Positions 10,331 through 18,138 of a DNA stretch of 64,000 nucleotides are shown piece by piece (within the stretch, counting starts at the first letter, position 1; each line of letters starts with the position of its first letter). The stretch comes from a bacterium (GTDB taxonomy: Bacteria; UBA8248), in contig OZ245330.1 of NCBI GenBank assembly GCA_965225985.1, positions 2,111,848 through 2,175,847 on the forward strand, written 5' to 3'. The notes under the pieces are model-generated. The model saw only the letters and a program-made list of their open reading frames with translations, was not told the origin of the DNA and did no database searches. Both the position numbers and the translations under genes were made by a program.

Positions 10331-10756
10331 AGTGATACTCTCCTTTCATGAAAGGGGACTGAAAGCCATATTATTGTCTGATATTTACCCCATTTTAATC
10401 GCGCTCCCTCTCCCCGTCAATGAACAAAAGTACTCTTGTGATTTCCCTGACTAAGTGCGCTACTTCCCCAACATTCATGGTTCGTGGGGCATTATTGAGC
10501 CGGCGGAACCAGACTCTGGCGTTATCGGGCATTCTGCTAAAAGAGTTACTTGTTGACATTAATATTTGCACATAACTAAATATTATTATTGCATTTATTG
10601 GTTGCAACAGATTACCCTATTTGCCCGGGATATCTTCACGCAAAGTACCCATGGGATAACCGCGGACACTTCCGTCGAATTCTTTCGAATTCGGATGATG
10701 TTCCTCGGTTCCTCGTCTATGATTTAGCTCCCACTTCCTTTTCGCTGAGGTCCATC

Positions 10757-12199
10757 ATGGCGGATATCATCATTAAGAACGGAATCATCATTACCATGGA
10801 CCCGGCACGAAGGGTCATCGAAAAGGGGGGCATCGCGATTGAGAAAGATAAGATCACCGCGATAGGTGCTGTGAAAAAGATCGTTAAGGAGCACCGGGCC
10901 CGGAAGGTGATCGACGCGCGCGGGATGGTGGTCATGCCCGGCCTCGTCGACACCTACGGCAACGCCGGGCACGCCATTACGAAAAACATTGGCGAGCACA
11001 TCTCCGGGTCCGCGACGCGCCGCTTGGGCGAATTCCTCAACAACACCTGCACCAGCGAAGAGTATTGGTACGCGGAAGGGCAGATCCTCGCGCTCGAGCA
11101 TCTGAAATTCGGCACAACCTGTTTCATCAACCGCTTCGTCGGGGCCAACGTGGGCTGGGACACCACCCACCCGGAAATTAACATGCGGGGAATCGCCTCT
11201 GTGGGCCTGCGACAAATCATGGCGGTGGGAGCGGGACGCCCCCCCTTCCCGGTGGCCGGAACCTCCTGGAGAAACGGAAGGCGGCGCGACAAGCGCATGA
11301 GCCTGGAGGAGTGCTTCCGGGCGGCCGAGGGGATCATCCGCCGGGGCGACGGAGCGGACGAGGGGCGGACCCGCGTCTGGGTGGGGGCCCCTCGCCTGCA
11401 CGCCCCCACCAAGCTCGACCCCGTGTTCAAGCCGGAATACCGGGAGATCTCTTTCCAGCAGGCCAAACACGTCAAACGTCTCACCGAAAAGTACGGGGTG
11501 GGTTTCCACGTGAACGCCTATGGCGAGGCCATCGAGTGGGGACACGAAAAGCTGAAAATCTTCGGGCCGAACGTAGTCATCGGCCATGGGACGGGGCTAT
11601 CGAAGAAGGGGATCGAGATCCTCCGGAGGACGGACACCAAGGTTGCGCACTGCCCCACCGCCCGGCGGCACTATTCCTACGCGGAAGGTTGCCCCGTGGT
11701 CGAGCTCATCGACGCCGGCGTCACCGTCGGCCTATCCAGCGATTACACCGCCCAGGACCGGACGGGCGACAACTTCAGGGACATGAAGGTCGCCATCATG
11801 CACCAGCGCCAGCGGTTCCACGACCCCTCCGTGCTCCCCCCCGGGAAGGTCCTCGAGATGGCCACCATCGACGGAGCCCGGGTCCTAGGACTTGATCGCA
11901 TCACGGGCTCCCTTGAGGTCGGTAAAAAAGCCGACCTTCTCCTCATCAACATGGAGCAGCCCCACCTCAAGCCCCTCTGGATGATCCCCCAGCGGGTGGC
12001 TTACCAGGTGACGGGCCACGACGTGGACACCGTTTTGGTGGACGGAAAAATTCTGATGGAGGGCCGGAAGGTGAAGAGCGTGAACGAGAAAAAGGTCCTC
12101 CGGGACGCCGAGCGGGAGGGGGCGAAAATCGTCGAGAGATGCGACCTCAAACCCTTCTTGGGGATTCCGGATAGATTCTGGGGCCACTCGCGCTACTGA
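10757..12199 (+). CDS. TRZ/ATZ-family amidohydrolase-like paralogue A5 (metal-ligand motifs degenerate)
   Basis: ORF 10589..12199. ATG 10757 gives MADIIIKNG like the paralogues. The HxH position reads LVDTYGNAG and HAHAYGG reads HVNAYGE. The conserved C-terminal block QVTGHDVDTVLVDGKILMEGRKVKSVNEKKVL is retained. Confidence 0.88.
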   Translation: MADIIIKNGIIITMDPARRVIEKGGIAIEKDKITAIGAVKKIVKEHRARKVIDARGMVVMPGLVDTYGNAGHAITKNIGEHISGSATRRLGEFLNNTCTSEEYWYAEGQILALEHLKFGTTCFINRFVGANVGWDTTHPEINMRGIASVGLRQIMAVGAGRPPFPVAGTSWRNGRRRDKRMSLEECFRAAEGIIRRGDGADEGRTRVWVGAPRLHAPTKLDPVFKPEYREISFQQAKHVKRLTEKYGVGFHVNAYGEAIEWGHEKLKIFGPNVVIGHGTGLSKKGIEILRRTDTKVAHCPTARRHYSYAEGCPVVELIDAGVTVGLSSDYTAQDRTGDNFRDMKVAIMHQRQRFHDPSVLPPGKVLEMATIDGARVLGLDRITGSLEVGKKADLLLINMEQPHLKPLWMIPQRVAYQVTGHDVDTVLVDGKILMEGRKVKSVNEKKVLRDAEREGAKIVERCDLKPFLGIPDRFWGHSRY

Positions 12200-12293
12200 T
12201 CTCTCCTCAGTGTCTTTCTCTTTTATCTGACCCCCGCTCGGTGCTTGGGATGCGCCAAAACGTCCATCCTTGCACTAATGAAAAGAGACTTTC

Positions 12294-13736
12294 ATGGCGG
12301 ACGTTCTCATCAAGAACGGCATGCTCATCACCATGGACCCGGCTCGCCGCGTCATCGAGAGGGGCGCCGTCGCGATCGAAAAAGGGAAGATCTCCGCCGT
12401 CGGCCCCACCCGCCAAGTCGAGAAAGCGCACCGCGCCCGAAAAGTCATCGACGCGCGCGGAATGGTGGTCATGCCCGGCCTCATAAACACTTTTGTCAAC
12501 TCCGGCGCTAACATGGTCAAGAACATCGCCGAGCACGCCTCCGGAGTGGCGTGGCGCCATTTGATGGACCACATTCTTCTCCGCAGCGTAACCGAGAAGT
12601 TCTACCACGTCTCCGGTGAACTTATGGCGCTCGAGCATCTCAAGTTCGGCACCACCTGTCATTTGAGCAAATTTGGATCTTCCCCTCGGGCGGACGACCC
12701 CGCCTACGCCGGGGCACACATGGAAGGGATCGCCAACATAGGCATCCGCTCGGTAACGGGAGTGGGACCATTCCGGTGGCCCTTTCCGGAAGTCTGTTCA
12801 TCGTGGAGCAACGGAAAAAAAACGGATCGAATTGTTACGATGGAGCAATCCTTCCGGGTCGTCGAGAAGCTTATTCAAAAATACAACGGCGCGCACGGAG
12901 GAAGGACAAGCGTTTGGATCGGCCTTGCGCGTTTGCTGGCGCCCGCGAAGGTCGACCCTATGTTCAATCCCCGGATTCAAAAGTATTCAAGGAAGCAGGC
13001 AAATTTCGTGAAACAGCTCATGAAAGAGTACGGCGTCGGAATGCGCGTGAACGCTTACGGCGAGGCCATCAACTGGGCCCACGAAGTGCTGGAAATTCTT
13101 GGGCCAAAGGTAGTATTGGCGCATGCCACCGCTCTTACCGAAAAATCAATCCGGTATTTGGCGGATACGGATACCAAAGTTTCACACTGCCCGACAGCTC
13201 GGCGGATGTATATGTACGACAGCACTTGCCCCGTGGTAGAGCTCATCGACGCCGGAGTCACGGTTTCTCTTGGAACGGACTATACTGGCCAAGACCGGAC
13301 GGGCGATCTGTTCAAGGACATGAAAGCCGCCTTCCTCCACCAGCGCCAGCGCTTTTGCGACCCTTCCGTGCTCCCCCCCGGGAAGGTGCTGGAGATGGCC
13401 ACCATTGACGGCGCCCGCGCCCTGGGGATGGACCACCTTGTCGGCTCGCTGGAGCCCGGCAAGCATGCCGACATCATCCTCATTGATATGGAACAGCCTC
13501 ACCTCAAACCCCTCTGGATGATCCCCCAGCGGGTGGCGTATCAAGTGACGGGACACGACGTGGACACCGTCCTGGTGGACGGAAAGATCCTAATGGAAGG
13601 CCGGAGAGTGAAGTCCGTCAACGAGAAAAGGGTCCTCCGCGAGGCCCAACAGGAGGGAGAGCGCATGGTGGAGCGAAGCGGGGCCGATCCCCTTATGGGA
13701 ATCCCGGACGGATTTTGGAAAAAATCCCGCTACTGA
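12294..13736 (+). CDS. TRZ/ATZ-family amidohydrolase-like paralogue A6 (metal-ligand motifs degenerate)
   Basis: 480-aa ORF starting MADVLIKNG. The HxH position reads LINTFVNSG and the HAH position reads RVNAYGE. LAHATAL, SLGTDYTGQD. Confidence 0.88.
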   Translation: MADVLIKNGMLITMDPARRVIERGAVAIEKGKISAVGPTRQVEKAHRARKVIDARGMVVMPGLINTFVNSGANMVKNIAEHASGVAWRHLMDHILLRSVTEKFYHVSGELMALEHLKFGTTCHLSKFGSSPRADDPAYAGAHMEGIANIGIRSVTGVGPFRWPFPEVCSSWSNGKKTDRIVTMEQSFRVVEKLIQKYNGAHGGRTSVWIGLARLLAPAKVDPMFNPRIQKYSRKQANFVKQLMKEYGVGMRVNAYGEAINWAHEVLEILGPKVVLAHATALTEKSIRYLADTDTKVSHCPTARRMYMYDSTCPVVELIDAGVTVSLGTDYTGQDRTGDLFKDMKAAFLHQRQRFCDPSVLPPGKVLEMATIDGARALGMDHLVGSLEPGKHADIILIDMEQPHLKPLWMIPQRVAYQVTGHDVDTVLVDGKILMEGRRVKSVNEKRVLREAQQEGERMVERSGADPLMGIPDGFWKKSRY

Positions 13737-13771
13737 TTCTTTCATCGAGTAAATTGAACGAGGAGAACCGA

Positions 13772-14200
13772 ATGCCCTTCTATGATCCGAAGAAAATGAA
13801 GAAAAAACCCGCAGGATCGAAATACAGCCAAACTACGGGTGCCTGGATAACGGGAGAACGCATGCTGTTCGGCGAAATGCTTTCCCCCGCCGGAACAGGG
13901 AGTCTCCTCCACAGCCACCCCAACGAGCAGTTTATATTCGTCAAGCAGGGGACGCTCAAGGGGAACATCGAAGGGAAGAAAAAGACGGTGCGCGCCGGCG
14001 ATATCGTTCACATTCCCGCGAACGCTGACCACAACATGGTGGCAACCGAGGAGGAGGACGTGATCTTCATCGTCGCCAAGGATGTCTCCTGGGGGATCGA
14101 CGGCATTCCTGTGGACGACGCGCCTGCCCAGAAGGGAGGACGAAAGAAGGCGGCCGGGAGGAAGAAAACCCCGGAAAAAGCGAGAAGTAAAAAGCGATAA
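13772..14200 (+). CDS. Cupin-domain protein with a Lys-rich C-terminal tail, paralogue 1
   Basis: Within ORF 13715..14200. ATG 13772 has GAGGAG upstream. Cupin motifs LHSHPNEQFIFV and GDIVHIPANADHNM. Tail KGGRKKAAGRKKTPEKARSKKR. Confidence 0.8.
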   Translation: MPFYDPKKMKKKPAGSKYSQTTGAWITGERMLFGEMLSPAGTGSLLHSHPNEQFIFVKQGTLKGNIEGKKKTVRAGDIVHIPANADHNMVATEEEDVIFIVAKDVSWGIDGIPVDDAPAQKGGRKKAAGRKKTPEKARSKKR

Positions 14201-14257
14201 AAGGAAAAAAGCGAGAAAAACCGGGCCGGTAGCGCAGAACAAATCGTGAGCGCAACC

Positions 14258-14398
14258 CGGCGCGATTGGGCGTAGCGGTCCGGCGCGGGCATTCTCATCC
14301 AGAACGGCGCGATTGGGCGGAGCAGTTCGGCGCGAGCATTCTCATCCAACCCGGCGCGATTGGGCGGAGCGGTCCGGCGCGGACATTCCCATCCCGAA
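14258..14398. repeat. 3 x 47-bp tandem repeat derived from an amidohydrolase 5' end
   Basis: Units start at 14258, 14305 and 14352 (cggcgcgattgggcgKagcRgtYcggcgcgRRcattcYcatcc...). Each unit contains attctcatccagaacggcgcg (ILIQNGA), compare gttctcatcaagaacggcatg (VLIKNGM) at the start of A6. Confidence 0.85.
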
Positions 14399-14411
14399 CA
14401 GCGCCTTTTTC

Positions 14412-14516
14412 ATATGGACCCGGCCCGGCGGGTGATCGAAAAGGGCATATGGACCCGGCCCGGCAGGTGATCGAAAAGGGCATGTGGACCCGGCCCGGCG
14501 GGTGATCGAAAAGGGC
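14412..14516. repeat. 3 x 35-bp tandem repeat derived from an amidohydrolase 5' end
   Basis: Units start at 14412, 14447 and 14482 (atRtggacccggcccggcRggtgatcgaaaagggc). They translate as MDPARRVIEKG, identical to residues of A5 (ITMDPARRVIEKGG, nt about 10797). The period is not a multiple of 3. Confidence 0.85.
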
Positions 14517-14588
14517 GCGCCCGCCTTCGCGTGCGGGAAAACCGAAACACGCATTTCTTTTGCCTTTTTATCGACAAGGAGAACTTTG

Positions 14589-15083
14589 ATGCCTTTTTAC
14601 AATCCCAAAACGATGAAGCGGGACCGCGCCGGGGCCTCCTACAGCTCCTCGGAGGGGGTCTGGGTCACAGGCGACCGCATCATCTTCGGCGTGATCGACA
14701 AGCCCGCCGGAACGGGCAGCCGGCCCCACCGTCACCCGAACGAGCAGTTCATCTTCGTCCAGAAGGGCCGCCTCCGGGCAATGGTGGACGGAAAGAAGAA
14801 AACGATCTCCACCGGCGGAATCATCCACATTCCCGCGAACGCCCTCCACAGTATGGTGGCGGCCGACGAGGAGGATGTTGTTTTCATCGTCGCCAAGGAC
14901 ACATCGTGGGAGATCCACGGCATCATCGAGGACGCAAGCGCGCTCGGGGCCTACATCGGAAAAGGGGCAAGGAAGGGCGTCGCCGCCAAATTGAAAAATG
15001 TCGCGGCGAATTTGAAGGACGAACGGAAAGCGCCGAAAAAGCGCGCCGCGCCGAAAAGGAAAAAAGCCGCCGCGAAAGGATGA
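14589..15083 (+). CDS. Cupin-domain protein with a Lys/Ala-rich C-terminal tail, paralogue 2
   Basis: Within ORF 14484..15083. ATG 14589 has AAGGAGAA upstream. MPFYNPKTMK parallels MPFYDPKKMK of paralogue 1. HRHPNEQFIFV, GGIIHIPANALHSM. Tail ...KAPKKRAAPKRKKAAAKG. Confidence 0.8.
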   Translation: MPFYNPKTMKRDRAGASYSSSEGVWVTGDRIIFGVIDKPAGTGSRPHRHPNEQFIFVQKGRLRAMVDGKKKTISTGGIIHIPANALHSMVAADEEDVVFIVAKDTSWEIHGIIEDASALGAYIGKGARKGVAAKLKNVAANLKDERKAPKKRAAPKRKKAAAKG

Positions 15084-16333
15084 AGCCCCGCGAAAGGGAA
15101 TCCATGCCCCGCCACATTGATGAATCGCGCTTCGCGGGGCGGCTCCCGCCGTGGCCGCCCCACGATGCCTCCGAGGAGGAGGCGGCGCTCCGGGTGATCC
15201 GGAGCGGGCGCTGGGGGCGCGGCGAAGGGGAGGAGGTGGACCGGCTGGAAGCAGAACTGGCCGGTTTCATCGGGGTGGACCACGTCCGCGCCGTCACCAA
15301 CGGCACCCACGCCCTCGAACTCGGTCTGGCGTGCCTGGGAATTCAACCCGGCGATGAGGTCGTGGTTCCGGCCTGCACATTCATTTCCACGGGCTCCTCC
15401 GTTCTCAATCGGGGGGCGGTGCCCGTTCCGGTGGACGTTGACCCCGACACCCTCTGCATTGACGCCGAGCAGATCGAAGCGGCGGTGACGCCCAGGACCC
15501 GCGCCATTTTGCCCGTTCATTTCGCGGGCAACGTCTGCGACATGGCGGCGATAAAAAAGATCGCTGCCCGGCACGGATTGTCGGTCATGGAGGACGCCGC
15601 CCATGCCTTGGGCGCGACCCGATCCGGCGAGCGCGCCGGGGCCATCGGCCGCTGCGCGATTTTCAGCTTTCAGTCGAAGAAGCACATCACCGCAGGCGAA
15701 GGCGGGGCTTTCTGCACCTCCGATCCGGCGCTGGCCGAACAGACATATCCCCGGCATTCGGTCGGTCGCCCGCAGGAAGACCCCGGCTACACCCACCTCA
15801 TGCTCGCCTCGAACCTGCGGATGTCCGAGATTCACGCCGCCCTCCTCCGGGCCCAGCTGGCCCGCCTGCCCAGGCACATTGCGCAGCGCGAAAAAGGAGC
15901 CGCCCACCTGGATCGCTTGTTCGCGCGGGTTCCCGGCGTTCGCCCCCTTGTCCGGCAGCCCGGGGTCGAGATTCACAGCCGCTACATGTACATGATGTGG
16001 CTCGATCCGGAGGTCTTCCGGGAGCGCGATGCGGGGGCGGTTGCCCAAGCGCTGCGCGAAGCCGGGATCCCCGCCAACGTTTGCTATCCCCCCCTTCACA
16101 AGACTCCCATGTTCTCGCGCGAAAGTTTGGAGGCGGAAGGCTTTTCTCTCTCGCGGGGCCACCCCCTTCCCGACTACGCCGGCCTCTCCCTTCCGGTCAG
16201 CGAGGCGGCGAGCCGGGAGACCGTCTGGCTGCATCACTCCGTCCTGCTCGCGGACGAGACATTGCTGGAAGAAATCGCCGACGAGATCGCCCAACTGCAA
16301 AAACGGCCCGCGGGCACGTCGCGGGCCTCCTGA
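15080..16333 (+). CDS. DegT/DnrJ/EryC1/StrS-family PLP-dependent aminotransferase
   Basis: In-frame part of ORF 14531..16333. ATG 15080 overlaps the cupin stop (ATGA). An alternative start is ATG 15104. Motifs: TNGTHALELGL, VPACTFISTG, FSFQSKKHITAGEGGA (PLP Lys). Confidence 0.88.
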   Translation: MKPRERESMPRHIDESRFAGRLPPWPPHDASEEEAALRVIRSGRWGRGEGEEVDRLEAELAGFIGVDHVRAVTNGTHALELGLACLGIQPGDEVVVPACTFISTGSSVLNRGAVPVPVDVDPDTLCIDAEQIEAAVTPRTRAILPVHFAGNVCDMAAIKKIAARHGLSVMEDAAHALGATRSGERAGAIGRCAIFSFQSKKHITAGEGGAFCTSDPALAEQTYPRHSVGRPQEDPGYTHLMLASNLRMSEIHAALLRAQLARLPRHIAQREKGAAHLDRLFARVPGVRPLVRQPGVEIHSRYMYMMWLDPEVFRERDAGAVAQALREAGIPANVCYPPLHKTPMFSRESLEAEGFSLSRGHPLPDYAGLSLPVSEAASRETVWLHHSVLLADETLLEEIADEIAQLQKRPAGTSRAS

Positions 16334-16453
16334 AAATTTCGCCGAACAAATTCCTCTCCCCGCGATAAAAAAGGGAGGCGAATGTCAGTTCTTCCTGCAC
16401 TTCCCATTGTGAAATATAGAACACTCGGGCGCCAAAAAAACTGACCGGCCCGC

Positions 16454-16645
16454 TTGACCAATGGATTCAGCAAGAAAGCGGAGAATTTGGGGTATGCGGT
16501 GAGCCTATTTTGTATGCATTACAACTTCGCCCGGATTCATCAGGCAACGAGGGTGACGCCAGCCATAGAGGCGGGAGTGACAGACAGGGCATGGGATCTG
16601 GAAGATATTGCGAGATTACGAATGAAATTTAGTCGGATGAAATGA
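16454..16645 (+). mobile_element. Transposase C-terminal remnant (IS1/IS1595-like tail)
   Basis: 63-aa ORF ...SLFCMHYNFARIHQATRVTPAIEAGVTDRAWDLEDIA resembles the conserved C-terminal HYNF.RxH..L..TPAM.AG tail of IS transposases. No catalytic domain or inverted repeats were seen. Confidence 0.55.
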
Positions 16646-17330
16646 AAAGATTAACTTCTTTCCTGGTCCAAACGCGACGATTCATCGGGGAATTGCACTC
16701 AAAACTTAACCACCCTTTCCATTCATCCACTCGCATATCTACGTCTATTTTCAATACCAATGGGTTGGTATCGCTTACATTGACAGGATATTTCAGGGAA
16801 AATTCTCGCCCCCATCCAATGTCCTGTTCTTCTGTTACATTATACTGCTCGTGCCTACGCATTTGAAAAACTTTATCAATCACCACAATCGGGGCATCTT
16901 GATCTATTCTTCCCCCGTATCCATGTTTTTTGCACCAAAGATATTCGGGATTGGAGTGCACAAACCGTATGTTGAGATTTTTGTGAAGAGTAGAAGGAAC
17001 TTCGCTTTTTATGATCAGTTCTATTGTTAGTGATTGCTTATTAAGCCGTATCTCTCCCGATTCATTCATTTGCGTTATTTCTGAAAAACAGAAGTTTTTG
17101 TCGTCTTGAAAGAACCGCCACCAATTCCAAGCCATGTTGGCAATAAAGGCACCTACAATGGTGACGGCTAACCCGATAGGAACATCGACCGAGAGAATAT
17201 CCGCCCATTCTTTGCCAGCAGACACAAACCAGCCCCTTAGGAAGAACCAGTAAAAAGTCCAACCTATAACGGATCCTGTAATGGTAGGCGAGATCGTTCC
17301 GATAGTCTCATGAGATGGACTATTCATCAA
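16629..17330 (-). CDS. Hypothetical membrane protein (two N-terminal TM helices plus a soluble C-terminal domain)
   Basis: 233-aa ORF in the lower-GC islet. Hydrophobic segments ITGSVIGWTFYWFFL and PIGLAVTIVGAFIANMAW. No motif I recognise. Confidence 0.5.
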   Translation of the reverse strand: MMNSPSHETIGTISPTITGSVIGWTFYWFFLRGWFVSAGKEWADILSVDVPIGLAVTIVGAFIANMAWNWWRFFQDDKNFCFSEITQMNESGEIRLNKQSLTIELIIKSEVPSTLHKNLNIRFVHSNPEYLWCKKHGYGGRIDQDAPIVVIDKVFQMRRHEQYNVTEEQDIGWGREFSLKYPVNVSDTNPLVLKIDVDMRVDEWKGWLSFECNSPMNRRVWTRKEVNLFISSD

Positions 17331-17438
17331 ACTGACCCACTACCCCTTATTTCATGGAATTGTAGTTCCCCTTTGACAAGGGCGAACAAAAAACAGAAAT
17401 TTAAAACTGGGGGGGCGATTATATACTTGACGGGACCA

Positions 17439-17636
17439 TTAGCCGGGAAGATGGTTGTTAGCAGTATCCAATTCTCGTTGGGCGTCCTTTAGGTGCTCGA
17501 AGAAATTTCTCTGTAAAGAATTTCTCAGCTTCAAAAACTCGCCGTCAGTTCCAGCCATGCGAATAGCATTATCGATTTCATTTTTGGCATTTCGAATTTC
17601 CAGCCGAACGAATGAATAGTCCATTTCATCCTCCAA
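17439..17636 (-). CDS. Small hypothetical protein (65 aa, helical/charged)
   Basis: ORF only. Lies upstream of and co-directional with the membrane protein, in the low-GC region. Confidence 0.3.
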   Translation of the reverse strand: MEDEMDYSFVRLEIRNAKNEIDNAIRMAGTDGEFLKLRNSLQRNFFEHLKDAQRELDTANNHLPG

Positions 17637-17683
17637 AATGAATATGATCTGAGCGATTATATATTTGACAGGATCTAATCAAA

Positions 17684-18033
17684 TCAGAAGGCCTGGGCTA
17701 TAAGGTCGAGGATCCCCACGCCCACGCCCGCCATTACGACGGCGGCGATCAATGCGGCGCTCGCCGCGATGATGAAAAGAAAATCGCCTGTATCGTCGGG
17801 GCGATGGAGCGGGCGGCGAAAGGATTCCCGCATCCCGGGCAAGCCGCCGCTCGCGGGCTCACCTCCCGCCCGCAGTCGGGGCAGAGGGGAAGTTTCTTCT
17901 TTGCGGGCGTTCCCTCCGCTCCCGCGAACCGCGGGCCGCGGCGCCTTACGTTGAAATCCCGAATCAGCCCAAACACGACAAGTCCGCTCGTCGCGATGAT
18001 GATGAGCCAAACAAAAGTATTCCCCAAGATCAA
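17684..18033 (-). CDS. Zinc-ribbon membrane protein, possibly frameshifted
   Basis: ORF 17749..18033 has a TM helix plus CPDCG..(9)..CPGCG. The 3' end of overlapping ORF 17684..18142 encodes a GC3-rich TM helix (FLFIIAASAALIAAVVMAGVGVGILDLI) in the -1 frame directly after the zinc ribbon. Confidence 0.4.
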
Positions 18034-18138
18034 CCCTCCCGGCGTTTCGGCTTTTTCCCCTTGAGGCGCCCGACGAGCTTGATAACCTCCGCCCGCGCCG
18101 CGTCGGGAAGCGCGTCGATCCGCATTTACGTGAAGCGC

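Noticed and set aside
10589-10756. Upstream extension of the A5 ORF (MHLLVATDYPICPG...).
   Set aside because: It lies in the AT-rich intergenic region and has no counterpart in the five paralogues, all of which start at MAD(I/V)(I/L)IK.
14258-14516. Tandem repeats considered as a CRISPR array.
   Set aside because: There are only three copies each, the units are directly adjacent with no unique spacers, and there are no cas genes. The units are recognisable gene fragments.
14531-15079. The 5' 183 codons of the 600-aa ORF 14531..16333, which would fuse a long Arg-rich leader onto the DegT aminotransferase.
   Set aside because: This stretch overlaps the cupin-2 gene in another frame and has low-complexity RG-rich content. 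The aminotransferase homology begins near 15104, and ATG 15080 is coupled to the cupin stop.
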